From the sequence record NZ_LR134454.1: a stretch of 64,000 bases of DNA; one strand, given 5' to 3'. The first letter of the stretch is position 1, and every line of letters begins with the position of its first letter. The position numbers and the translations under genes were made by a program. The notes beneath the pieces are model-generated. The model did no database searches. It was given only the letters and a program-made list of their open reading frames with translations, and was not told where the DNA came from. This DNA is from a plasmid. Shown here piece after piece: positions 1 through 8,947 of the stretch.

Positions 1-81
1 TTCCCGGTTCCGCTCCGGCAGCGAGCCGGTGTAGACCCAGGCGAGGTAATGCAGGGGATCGGGGCGGTGGACGGCGTTCAT
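1..81 (-). CDS. Hypothetical protein, N-terminal 27 aa only (MNAVHRPDPLHYLAWVYTGSLPERNRE...). The gene runs off the left edge of the window.
   Basis: Minus-strand ATG at 81..79 overlaps the marR stop in an ATGA arrangement and the frame stays open to position 1. Function unknown. Confidence 0.3.
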   Translation of the reverse strand, partial: MNAVHRPDPLHYLAWVYTGSLPERNRE

Positions 82-536
82 CGGGACTCCTTCAATGCGC
101 CCGCGGCGAGCGCTTTGGCGTTGACGGTGGTGAGCACGCGGTGCAGGTCCTCGAGTTCGTCGAGGCTCGCGCCCAGGGCCTCGATCACGGCGGGCGGCAC
201 GGCGAGGGCCTGTTCGCGCAGGTCCCGGCCGGCCGCGGTGAGCTCGACGTCGATCCGGCGCTCGTCGTCGGCGGCGCGGCCGCGGGTGAGGAGACCCTGT
301 GCCTCGAGCCGCTTGAGCAGCGGGCTCAGCGTGGGCGAATCCAGCTGCAGCGCCTCGGCGATCCCCTTCACCGACCGCGGCGACTCCTCCCACAGGGCCA
401 GCATCACGAGGTACTGGGGGTGGGTGAGGCCCATGGGCGCCAGGATCGGCCGGTACACCGACAGCACCGCGCGGTTGGCGACGGCCAGCGCGAAGCACAC
501 CTGGCGTTCCAGGGAGAGCGGATCGGGATCTGTCAT
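78..536 (-). CDS. MarR family transcriptional regulator
   Basis: 152-aa ORF. A winged-HTH MarR signature is recognisable (…HPQYLVMLALWEESPRSVKGIAEALQLDSPTLSPLLKRLEAQGLLTR…). Confidence 0.85.
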   Translation of the reverse strand: MTDPDPLSLERQVCFALAVANRAVLSVYRPILAPMGLTHPQYLVMLALWEESPRSVKGIAEALQLDSPTLSPLLKRLEAQGLLTRGRAADDERRIDVELTAAGRDLREQALAVPPAVIEALGASLDELEDLHRVLTTVNAKALAAGALKESR

Positions 537-583
537 GCCTCGACGCTAGCAGATTAGTCGTGCACGAATCAATAGTGCACTAA

Positions 584-2962
584 CTATTCCTCGGGGCCCT
601 CCCACGGCGCCTCGTCGGCGGAGGGCAGGTCACCGGGGAGCAGGTCGCGCCGGAAGCCGCGCCAGCTCGGTTGCCGCAGGTGGCCGCCCCGGCGCAGCGA
701 CGAGTAGCGCACGTCGCCGATCACCTTGGGGAGCACCCACACGGCGTCACGGGCCTCGGGATCGTCGATCGGCGCCGTGAACGGGGAGCGGCGCATCCGC
801 AGCGGCTCCAGCTCTTCGGCCAGCGCGGCCAGGTCGCGGTCGCTGAACCCGGAGCCCACCGACCCCAGGTAGACGAGCCCCGTCTCGGCGGGCAGGCCCA
901 CGAGCACCGAGCCGATCCCGCCCCCGCGCGAGCCCTTGCCGGGCTTCCAGCCGCCGATCGCGACCTGCAGGTCGCGCCAGTTCTTGTGCTTGAGCCATGC
1001 GCGCACCCGCTGCCCCGGCAGGTACGGCGAGTCCCGGCGCTTCGCGATGATCCCCTCCCAGCCGAGTTCCGCGCTGAGCGCCGCGGCCTCCGCTCCGGTC
1101 GCCGCGTCGACGAGCGGCGGCACGCTCACCGCCGTGTCGTGTTCGAGCAGCGGCGCAAGGCCTTCCAGCACCTGGCGGCGCACCGTCCACGGGCGCTTCG
1201 TCAGGTCGACGCCGTTGAGCGACAGCACGTCGAAGAGGTACAGCTGCACCGCGCCGGACCGGGTCTCGCCGCCCGCCATCAGGTGGAACGACGGTACGCC
1301 GTTCGGGTCGAGCACCACCGCCTCGCCGTCGAGCACCACGTCCATCCCGTCGAGATCGGCGGCGAGGGACTCGAACTCGGGGAACTCGCCGGTCACCGTG
1401 CGGCCCGAGCGGGTGCGCAGGGAGACGGTGCCGCCGCGCACCGTCGCGATCATGCGGTAGCCGTCCCACTTGCCCTCGAAGGCCCAGTCCGCGGCGGAGA
1501 GCCCGTCGATCGCGGATTCGGTGGGCAGCATGGGATCCGGCGCGAGGCCGGCGGCGGGCTTGGCGGGCGCGGACTTGTCCTTGGTGAGGTGCGCGAGCCA
1601 GTTCTTGTCGCCGGTGCGGATCAGCGCGTACCGCTTGCCCTGCAGCCGATTCCCGTGCAGCGTCACGATCACCTCGTTCGAGCGCCACTTCTCCAGCTCG
1701 TAGGTGCCGTGGTCCCAGATGGTCACGTCGCCGCCGCCGTACTCGCCCCGGGGGATGCTGCCCTCGAAGGCCGCGTAGTCCATCGGGTGGTCCTCGGTGC
1801 GGACGGCGAGGTGGTTGATGTCGGGGTCGTCGGGGAGGTTCTTCGGCACGGCCCAGGAGGCGAGCACCCCGTCGTGCTCCAGGCGGAAGTCGTAGTGCAG
1901 GCGCCGCGCGTGGTGCTCCTGGATGACGAAGATCGGATCGCCCTGCGACGGTGCGCCGCCGAAGGGCTCGGGCGTCTTCCGCGCGTCGCGCTTGGCGCGG
2001 TACTCGCCGAGGTCGACGGGCTCGGGCGGCGGCGCCGACGGTGCCTCGGCGCCGTCCGGCCGGGCGTCGGCACCGTAGAGCCCGGCGAGGAGGTCGCCGT
2101 CGGCCAGGGCGCGCGCGAGGACCTCGCCGAACTCGAGCTGGCGCAGGCCGGGGCGGGCGAGCTCGTCCCAGGTGCGCGGCGCGGCGACCCACGGATGGTC
2201 CCGTCCGCGCAGCGAGTACGGCGCGACGGTGGTCTTGGACGCGCTGTTCTGCGACCAGTCGACGAAGATGCGGCCGCCCCGCTGGACCTTCGCCATCGAC
2301 GCGGTGACCAGCTCGGGCGATTCGACCTCCAGCTGCGAGGCGATGGCGTGCGCGACCGTGCGCGCGCCGTTCGCCGAGATGCCGCCGGGCAGGGGCGCGT
2401 AGACGTGCAGCCCCTTGGAGCCGCTGGTCACGGGGTAGCCCTCCATGTCCATCGCGGCGAGCAGCTCGCGGATGCGCAGGGCGAGCGCGGCGCAGTCGTC
2501 GAGGGTGACGTCGGGGCCGGGATCGAGGTCGAGCACGAGGCGGTTCGGCGGTCCGGGGACCTCCGGGCGGTCGGGGTCGGCACCGTCGGGCACGAACGCC
2601 CACTGCGGGACGTGCAGCTCCAGCGCGGCCTGCTGGCCCAGCCACACCATGCCGGCGGCGTTCTCGATGACCGGGTACTGGGACTCGCCGTCGGAGTGGA
2701 ACTGGCTGCCGCGGCGGATCCACGCCGGCGCGTGGCTCGGCAGCCGCTTCTCGAAGAAGGCGGTCTTGTCCACGCCGTTGGGCCAGCGCTTGCGGGTGAG
2801 GGGCCGGTCGCGCAGGTGGGGGAGGGCGAACGGGGCGATGGCCTGGAAGTAGTCGATGACCTCGGCCTTCGTGGTACCCGTGGCGGGGTAGAGCACCTTG
2901 TCGAGGTTGGTCAGCTGCACACCGACGCCGTCGACCTCGCGGTTCTCCCGGATCTGCGCCAC
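584..2962 (-). CDS. ligD: ATP-dependent DNA ligase D (NHEJ), multidomain Pol-PE-Lig
   Basis: Polymerase/primase domain (…VQLTNLDKVLYP…GGRIFVDWSQN…), phosphoesterase domain (…IFVIQEHHARRLHYDFRLE…) and ligase KxDG motif (EGKWDGYRMIA). The ORF-track start at 3313 runs antisense into ku. I chose GTG at 2962 (VAQIRENREVDG…), where the Pol domain begins. The true start is uncertain. Confidence 0.85.
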   Translation of the reverse strand: MAQIRENREVDGVGVQLTNLDKVLYPATGTTKAEVIDYFQAIAPFALPHLRDRPLTRKRWPNGVDKTAFFEKRLPSHAPAWIRRGSQFHSDGESQYPVIENAAGMVWLGQQAALELHVPQWAFVPDGADPDRPEVPGPPNRLVLDLDPGPDVTLDDCAALALRIRELLAAMDMEGYPVTSGSKGLHVYAPLPGGISANGARTVAHAIASQLEVESPELVTASMAKVQRGGRIFVDWSQNSASKTTVAPYSLRGRDHPWVAAPRTWDELARPGLRQLEFGEVLARALADGDLLAGLYGADARPDGAEAPSAPPPEPVDLGEYRAKRDARKTPEPFGGAPSQGDPIFVIQEHHARRLHYDFRLEHDGVLASWAVPKNLPDDPDINHLAVRTEDHPMDYAAFEGSIPRGEYGGGDVTIWDHGTYELEKWRSNEVIVTLHGNRLQGKRYALIRTGDKNWLAHLTKDKSAPAKPAAGLAPDPMLPTESAIDGLSAADWAFEGKWDGYRMIATVRGGTVSLRTRSGRTVTGEFPEFESLAADLDGMDVVLDGEAVVLDPNGVPSFHLMAGGETRSGAVQLYLFDVLSLNGVDLTKRPWTVRRQVLEGLAPLLEHDTAVSVPPLVDAATGAEAAALSAELGWEGIIAKRRDSPYLPGQRVRAWLKHKNWRDLQVAIGGWKPGKGSRGGGIGSVLVGLPAETGLVYLGSVGSGFSDRDLAALAEELEPLRMRRSPFTAPIDDPEARDAVWVLPKVIGDVRYSSLRRGGHLRQPSWRGFRRDLLPGDLPSADEAPWEGPEE

Positions 2963-3052
2963 GGGCCCATTATCGGGCCCCGCGCCCGCAGCGGGGAGGA
3001 ACGTCCCGTTCGCGCCCTCGCTAAATGACTCCTCACCAGTCACAATGGTCAC

Positions 3053-3865
3053 ATGCGCGCGATATGGACGGGTGAGCTGTCGTTCGGGCTCGTGAACGTG
3101 CCCGTGAAGGTGTACTCCGCGATCGAGAGCCACGACGCGAAGTCGCACCAGGTGGACTCGAAGGACGGGGTCCGCATCCGGTACAAGCGCGTGCGCGAGG
3201 GCACCGACGACGAGGTGGAGTTCGCGAACATCGCGAACGCCTACGAGGCCGACGGCGGCGAGACGGTGGTCGTCTCGAAGGAGGACATCAAGTCGATGCC
3301 GGTGGAGAAGCACCGGGAGATCGCGGTGACGGAGTTCGTGCCGCGCGAGGACGTCGACCCGATCATGTTCGACAAGCCCTACTTCCTGGAGCCCTCGTCG
3401 AAGTCGCCCAAGGCGTACGTGCTGCTGCGGCAGGCGCTGCAGGAGACCGACCGGCTCGCGATCTGCACGTTCACGCTGCGCAACCGCACGCGGCTGTGCG
3501 CGCTGCGCGTGGTCGGCAACGTCATGGTGCTGCAGACCCTGCTCTGGCCCGACGAGGTGCGCACGCCGGAGTTCCCGGCGCTCACCGAGGACGTGAAGAT
3601 CCGCCCGCAGGAGCTCGCGATGGCCGCCTCACTCATCGACTCGATGGCGACCGACTTCGACCCCGAGCAGTACGAGGACGACTACCAGGTGCAGCTGCGC
3701 CAGCTGATCGAGGCGAAGGCCACCGGCGGCACCGCGTTCCCCGAGGCCCCCGAGGAGGAGGCCGAGGACGACGAGGTCGCCGACCTGCTCGCCGCGCTCA
3801 AGGCGTCGGTGAAGAACCGGGAGGCGCAGCCCGAGCGGCCCGCGCGCAAGCGCACCGCGAGCTGA
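3053..3865 (+). CDS. ku: Ku protein (NHEJ DNA end-binding)
   Basis: Begins MRAIWTGELSFGLVNVPVKVYSA…, the typical bacterial Ku N-terminus, and is 270 aa. It is divergent from ligD. Confidence 0.9.
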   Translation: MRAIWTGELSFGLVNVPVKVYSAIESHDAKSHQVDSKDGVRIRYKRVREGTDDEVEFANIANAYEADGGETVVVSKEDIKSMPVEKHREIAVTEFVPREDVDPIMFDKPYFLEPSSKSPKAYVLLRQALQETDRLAICTFTLRNRTRLCALRVVGNVMVLQTLLWPDEVRTPEFPALTEDVKIRPQELAMAASLIDSMATDFDPEQYEDDYQVQLRQLIEAKATGGTAFPEAPEEEAEDDEVADLLAALKASVKNREAQPERPARKRTAS

Positions 3866-4432
3866 TCACCGCCCGCTCGCGACGTCCCGCAGGTCCGCGA
3901 AGGCGCGCCGGGTCACGTCCTCCAGGTCGACGGTGCCCTCCGCCGCGATCCACTCCTCGTACGCCGCGGTGAAGGCGGCGACGCCCGCGCCCGCCGCGAC
4001 CCGGGCCGTCCGCGGCGCGGCGCCGCGGACGGCGAGCGCGGCCGCGAGGGCGCGCGCCAGGGAGTCCATCTTGTGCAGTTCGCGTTCGCGCAGCGCCGGC
4101 GTCGCGTCGATGACGCGCTGGCGCTCGATCGGCAGGGCGCCGCGGCCGGCGATCATCCGCGCCATCGTGCCGAACGCGGCCGCGACGACGTCGATCGGCG
4201 CGGCCTCCGGCTGCGCCTCGGCGGCCTGTGCGGCGAGCATCTCCTCGAGGAGGCCCTGGCCCCAGAACAGGACCTCCTTCTTGTCGGCGTAGTGCCGGAA
4301 GAAGGTCCGCTCGGTGAGCCCCGCGCGCTCGGCGATCTGCGCGACGGTGGTGGCCTCGTAGCCCTGCTCGGCGAACAGCGCGAACGCCGCCGCCTCGAGC
4401 CGCTCCTGTGCGTTCGGCTGCCACCGTGCCAT
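3866..4432 (-). CDS. TetR/AcrR family transcriptional regulator
   Basis: N-terminal HTH …FALFAEQGYEATTVAQIAERAGLTERTFFRHYADKKEVL…. Confidence 0.85.
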   Translation of the reverse strand: MARWQPNAQERLEAAAFALFAEQGYEATTVAQIAERAGLTERTFFRHYADKKEVLFWGQGLLEEMLAAQAAEAQPEAAPIDVVAAAFGTMARMIAGRGALPIERQRVIDATPALRERELHKMDSLARALAAALAVRGAAPRTARVAAGAGVAAFTAAYEEWIAAEGTVDLEDVTRRAFADLRDVASGR

Positions 4433-4441
4433 GCGTCGAGC

Positions 4442-5326
4442 CTACGAAACGGCCGCGGGATCCCAGCGCGCGATGTCGTCGACGAGGCCCGCGCCGTCGG
4501 GCGCCCACCCCAGCGCGGCGCGGGTCAGCTCCGTCGACGCCGTGGTGTCCAGGGCGAGCAGCGGTGCGAGGAAACCGAACCGGGCCTCGGCGTCGCCGGG
4601 CTCGACCACCTCGGTCGGGACGCCCATGAGCCGCCCGACGGCCGCGGCGATGTCGGCCACCGCGACGGCCTCGCCGGCGGCGTGGAAGACGGATCCCGCG
4701 GTTCCGCGCTCGGCGGCCAGGCGGAACAGCCGCGCGGCGTCGCGGCGGTGCACCGCGGGCCAGCGCTGCGCCCCGTCGCCGACGTACCCGGAACGCCCGG
4801 CGTCGCCCGCGATGGCGGCCAGGCGGCCGACGAAACCGGCGGGCACGTCGTCGTGCACCGACGGTGCCAGCCGGACGACGGACGAGCGGACGTCCCGCTC
4901 CGCGAGCGCGAGCGCGGCGGCGAACCCGGCGGTCCGCGGGGACGGGGGCATCGGGTCGGTCTCCAGCGCGTCGCGGCCGCTGGTCAGCCCGAGGAGGCCG
5001 GAGGCGATGACGAGGGGCCGCCCGGATCCGGCGAGCGCGTCGCCCATCGCGTCGATGGCCGCGACCTCGACCTGCGCCGACTCGGCGAACTGCGAGAAGT
5101 CGTGGTTGAACGCGAGATGGATGACCCCGTCCGTGTCCGCGGCGGCCGCGCGGAGCACCGCGGTCTCCTCGATCGTGCCGCGGACAGGCTCGGCGCCCAG
5201 CGCGCGGACGGCGTCGGCACCGCGATCCGACCGGACGAGGCCGGTGACCTCGTGGCCGGCGCCGAGCAACTCAGTGACCACTGCGGAGCCGACGAAGCCG
5301 GACGCGCCCGTGACGAAGAATCGCAT
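4442..5326 (-). CDS. NAD(P)-dependent oxidoreductase (NmrA/SDR-like, epimerase/dehydratase fold)
   Basis: Rossmann motif MRFFVTGASGFVGSAVVTELLGAGHEVTGLVRSD…; 294 aa. Confidence 0.8.
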   Translation of the reverse strand: MRFFVTGASGFVGSAVVTELLGAGHEVTGLVRSDRGADAVRALGAEPVRGTIEETAVLRAAAADTDGVIHLAFNHDFSQFAESAQVEVAAIDAMGDALAGSGRPLVIASGLLGLTSGRDALETDPMPPSPRTAGFAAALALAERDVRSSVVRLAPSVHDDVPAGFVGRLAAIAGDAGRSGYVGDGAQRWPAVHRRDAARLFRLAAERGTAGSVFHAAGEAVAVADIAAAVGRLMGVPTEVVEPGDAEARFGFLAPLLALDTTASTELTRAALGWAPDGAGLVDDIARWDPAAVS

Positions 5327-5417
5327 GGTGAGAACCTCCTGAACGATGTGATGTCAGTTGCTGACATCACTGACCATACGCCTGATGTCAGCAACTGTCA
5401 TCACTGCCGTGTGCGGA

Positions 5418-7178
5418 CTACAGCGTGCGCTTGAGGCCCACGTGTTCGGAGCGGTACCCGAGCCGGGTGTAGAAGGCCCGCGCCCGGTCGCGGGAGACGT
5501 CGGTGGTGAGTTGGGAGAGCACGGCGCCGTGGGTCCGGCCGTGGTGGTGCGCCCACTCGATCATCGCGGTGCCCAGGCCCTGCGACCGGTGGCCGCGGGC
5601 CACCCGGACGCCCTCGATCTGCAGCCGTGTCGACCCGCTGCGGGACAGCCCCGGGATGACGGTGAGGTGCATCGTCCCCACGATCCGGCCGGCGTCGTCC
5701 CGGATCACGGCCAGGTACTGCGAGCGGTCACGGGTCACCAGCTCGAAGGCGCTGTCGTACTCCGCGGCGTCGCCCACCTCGCGCGTCGCGCCGAGTTCGT
5801 CGTCGGCGAGCAGCGCGACGATCGCGGGCACGTCGTCGCGGCGCGCGCGCTCCACCCGGTAGGGGGTGCCGCCGATGCCGCGGAGCACTCCGCCGACCGC
5901 GGCGCGGGCCTGCAACTCGCGGACCACGCCGTCGAGCCAGGCCCCGACGTTCGCGCGCGCCTCGAGGGTGTCGGGGTAGCGGCACCGCAGGTGCAGCCCC
6001 GCCTCGTCGAGGATGAACCAGAGCATCACCCCGTCCGTGCGGATGGTCGCGCCGACGTACTGCGCGTCGAGCCGGGTCGCGTCCACGCGGACGGGCAGGC
6101 GGCGCAGGTCCAGCCACGAGATCGCGAACATGCCGGGGGCCTCCGGCATCCCGCCCCACTGCTCGAGGACGTCGGCGAGCGGCCACGAGCCGAGCCGCAC
6201 CGCCTCCTTCACGGCCTCGGCGGCCGCGGCCGGTTCCGCGGACGGGGAGTCCAGCACCGAGTTGGTGATGAACCAGCCCACCGAGTCGTGCCACGTCTCG
6301 TCGTAGCGGCTGTGCACGGGGAACACGGCGCGCAGCGGCGCGCCGGCGAGGTCCAGGGTCACGCGGGTCAGGGCCGCCACCGTCGCCGACAGGGTGGACA
6401 CGCCCGCCTCCCGGGCGGCCGCGGCGAACGCGGCGACCTCGTCGGTGCCGAAGACGTCGCGGACCTCCACGCGCTCGCGGTGCGCCTCGGGGGTGCCCAG
6501 CGGCAGGGGGAACAGAGGCATGACTCTGCCACTGGCGGTGATGATCTCGGCCCAGCGGCGCCGCACGTCCTCGGGTGCCGCGGGGCGGTCCGCCAGGGCC
6601 CGGGTGTGGTCGACGAACGGCGGGACGACCTCCGTCGACGGTGCCCGCCCCGCGCGGACGTCCTCGAGCGCGGCGAGCAGGTCGCGCGCGATCACGAGCA
6701 TCGACCACATGTCGGTGTGCGAGTGGTCGGCGGCCACGATCACCGTCGGGCCCGCGGCCGTCTCCAGGACGCAGAGCCGGTGCGCGGGACGGCGATAGGG
6801 GGAGCAGGCGTCGTCGAGCACGTCGCGAAGGGCGTCGTTGACGGCCTGACCCGGGCCGATCGCGTGCTCCACCCAGTTCCCCGGCCGCACCGAGATCTCG
6901 TGCAGGGTGGGCCCAGCGGGTCCGGGGAGGAACGCGGTCCGCAGCGTGCCGTGCCGGGCGATCACCGCGAGCCAGGCGGCGGCGAGCTGCTCGCGCGGCA
7001 CCGGGTCGGGCAGCCGGAAGGACAGCGCCATCCACGACCCCGGCCGGTCCCCGCCGCCCACGTGCCGCGCCTGATCGAAGGAGACCGGCAGCGCCGCGGC
7101 GGGCTCCGACGCCGCGACGTCGTAGCCGTACAGCCGGCCGAACGGCAGGCGCAGGTGGGCGACGTTGGTCAGGCGCAT
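5418..7178 (-). CDS. Two-domain acyltransferase: condensation/HxxxD-type domain at the N-terminus fused to a GNAT N-acetyltransferase at the C-terminus
   Basis: HxxxD motif (VIVAADHSHTDMWSM) lies in the N-terminal half. The C-terminal roughly 150 aa is GNAT-like (…RLQIEGVRVARGHRSQGLGTAMIEWAHHHG…AFYTRLGY…). Start chosen at ATG 7178 (MRLTNVAHLRLPFG…) so it does not overlap the divergent hydrolase. Confidence 0.55.
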   Translation of the reverse strand: MRLTNVAHLRLPFGRLYGYDVAASEPAAALPVSFDQARHVGGGDRPGSWMALSFRLPDPVPREQLAAAWLAVIARHGTLRTAFLPGPAGPTLHEISVRPGNWVEHAIGPGQAVNDALRDVLDDACSPYRRPAHRLCVLETAAGPTVIVAADHSHTDMWSMLVIARDLLAALEDVRAGRAPSTEVVPPFVDHTRALADRPAAPEDVRRRWAEIITASGRVMPLFPLPLGTPEAHRERVEVRDVFGTDEVAAFAAAAREAGVSTLSATVAALTRVTLDLAGAPLRAVFPVHSRYDETWHDSVGWFITNSVLDSPSAEPAAAAEAVKEAVRLGSWPLADVLEQWGGMPEAPGMFAISWLDLRRLPVRVDATRLDAQYVGATIRTDGVMLWFILDEAGLHLRCRYPDTLEARANVGAWLDGVVRELQARAAVGGVLRGIGGTPYRVERARRDDVPAIVALLADDELGATREVGDAAEYDSAFELVTRDRSQYLAVIRDDAGRIVGTMHLTVIPGLSRSGSTRLQIEGVRVARGHRSQGLGTAMIEWAHHHGRTHGAVLSQLTTDVSRDRARAFYTRLGYRSEHVGLKRTL

Positions 7179-7230
7179 GGGCGGTACCCTAGCCCTCCAA
7201 CGAACCCTCCGCGCGGCGAGAGAAGGCCGG

Positions 7231-8004
7231 ATGACCAGCTTCGACGTCCCCGGGGCGCGGCTCGCCACCGAGTACAGCGACGAGCACGGACGCCCCGTCG
7301 TGCAGCTCCACGGCCTCACCTCCAGCCGCGCCCGGGACCGCGTGCTGGACCTGGACCTCGGACGCGGCCTCAGCGGGACGCGGCTCCTGCGCTACGACGC
7401 GCGCGGGCACGGCTCCTCGACCGGCTGCGCGGTCCCCGACGACTATCGCTGGCCGAACCTCGCCGACGACCTGCTGCGGCTCCTCGACCACTGGTTCCCC
7501 GGGGAGCGGGTGCACGGCGTCGGGCCGTCGATGGGCACCGGCACGCTGCTGCACGCCGCCGTGCGCGAGCCGGAACGGTTCAGCGGGCTGACCCTCATGG
7601 TGCCGCCGACCGCATGGGCGACGCGTGTCGCGAAGGCCGCCGAATACCGCTCCGCCGCAACGATGATCGAGGAGCGCGGGCTGGAGGCGTTCCTCGCGGC
7701 GGGGGAGGGTGCCGCGCCGCCGCCGGCCACCGTCGAACACCCTCCGACGCGGCCCGACGTCCCCGCATCGCTCCTGCCCTCGCTCTTCCGCGGCGCCGCC
7801 GCGAGCGATCTCCCCGCGCTCGGGGAGATCGCCCGCATCGACGTGCCCGTCACCGTTCTGGCCTGGATCGACGATCCGGCGCACCCGGTCTCGACGGCCG
7901 AGGAGCTCAGCAGGGCGCTCCCGCGGGCGTCGCTGTCGGTCGCTCGGACTCCGCAGGACGTGCAGGAGTGGCCGTCGGTCCTGTGCCGGGACGTCGCGGG
8001 GTGA
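7231..8004 (+). CDS. Alpha/beta hydrolase fold protein
   Basis: MTSFDVPGARLATEYSDEHGRPVVQLHGLTSS…; nucleophile elbow GPSMGTG. The 3' end overlaps the convergent EamA gene by about 98 nt, so one of the two ends may be mis-set. Confidence 0.7.
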   Translation: MTSFDVPGARLATEYSDEHGRPVVQLHGLTSSRARDRVLDLDLGRGLSGTRLLRYDARGHGSSTGCAVPDDYRWPNLADDLLRLLDHWFPGERVHGVGPSMGTGTLLHAAVREPERFSGLTLMVPPTAWATRVAKAAEYRSAATMIEERGLEAFLAAGEGAAPPPATVEHPPTRPDVPASLLPSLFRGAAASDLPALGEIARIDVPVTVLAWIDDPAHPVSTAEELSRALPRASLSVARTPQDVQEWPSVLCRDVAG

Positions 8005-8863
8005 GCCGCGAGACCGCCACGCCGACCAGACACAGGACGCCGCCCAGCAGGCCCCACGCGGTGGGCGTCTCGGCCAGGAACGCCCAGCTCAGCAGGATCG
8101 ACAGGCCCGGCACCGCGTAGGACGACGAGGCGGTGACCCCGGCGGGCGTGTGCGCCAGCGCGTAGGCCCACAGCAGGAAGGCGAGCGCGGTCGGCACGAG
8201 TCCCAGGTAGATCACCCCGACGGTGCTCGACATCGGCGCCGTCGCCAACTCGGCGAAGAGCCGGGGCGCCCAGGGCAGCAGGACGATCGCGCCGACGCCC
8301 GCACCCAGCGCGGTGGCGGTCAGCGGGTCGACGGTGCGCAGCACCAGCTTCTGCGCCACCACGCTGATGCCGTAGAGCAGCGCCGCGGCGACCGCCAGCG
8401 CCACGCCGGCACCGTCGCGCCGGCCGTCGCCGGTGAAGGCGATGATCGCGGCCCCGGCGAAGCTGATCGCGATGCCCACCACCAGCAGCGGCGGGAAGCC
8501 CTCCTGCAGGAAGGCGCCGGCCAGCACCGCGACGATGATCGGTGCGATGTTCACCAGGAGCGCCGTGGTCCCGGCGTCGAGGTGCTGCTCCGCGGCGTTG
8601 ACCAGCACGGTGTACAGCGCGAACCACAGCGCGCCGTAGCCGATGGTCAGCGCGAGGGTGCGGCCGCGGGGCAGCCGGACGCCGCCGTTGTACAGGGCGT
8701 TCATTCCCCAGATCATGCCGAGGACGGCGGCGCCCACCAAGAGGCGTCCCTCCGCCATGGCGATGGGGGAGACGTGCGGGCCGAGCCCGCGGATCACCAC
8801 GAAGGCCGAGGCCCACGCGAACATCACGGCCACGAGTGCCAGGGCGGGGAGTCGATTCGTCAT
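7907..8863 (-). CDS. EamA/DMT family transporter
   Basis: Polytopic membrane protein (MTNRLPALALVAVMFAWASAFVVIRGLG…). Internal ATG at 8863 chosen as start. Confidence 0.75.
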   Translation of the reverse strand: MTNRLPALALVAVMFAWASAFVVIRGLGPHVSPIAMAEGRLLVGAAVLGMIWGMNALYNGGVRLPRGRTLALTIGYGALWFALYTVLVNAAEQHLDAGTTALLVNIAPIIVAVLAGAFLQEGFPPLLVVGIAISFAGAAIIAFTGDGRRDGAGVALAVAAALLYGISVVAQKLVLRTVDPLTATALGAGVGAIVLLPWAPRLFAELATAPMSSTVGVIYLGLVPTALAFLLWAYALAHTPAGVTASSSYAVPGLSILLSWAFLAETPTAWGLLGGVLCLVGVAVSRLTPRRPGTGPTATPARPAESERPTATPAGAPC

Positions 8864-8947
8864 GAGCTCAACTCTGCGATCGGAGCGGAGTAAGCACAAG
8901 CGCATATTTCTGCACTATCATTCAGTAGAACTGAATGGAGGCTTCTC

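Noticed and set aside
671-3028. Very long ORFs on the opposite strand or in alternative frames of real genes, also 747-2723, 5358-8120, 12959-15382, 16301-18256, 23706-27611, 27596-29512, 29376-31085, 31994-35425, 38742-41975, 41708-43762, 43201-45453, 50579-53749 and others.
   Set aside because: They are artefacts of about 70% GC content, where stop codons are rare off-frame. Their translations are Arg/Pro/Gly/Ala-rich nonsense, and each overlaps a gene with clear family motifs.
7907-8004. 98-nt convergent overlap between the alpha/beta hydrolase and the EamA transporter 3' ends as evidence of a frameshift or pseudogene.
   Set aside because: Both ORFs read through with plausible C-termini. 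Without resequencing or homologue alignment a frameshift cannot be claimed, so the stops are left as in the ORF track.
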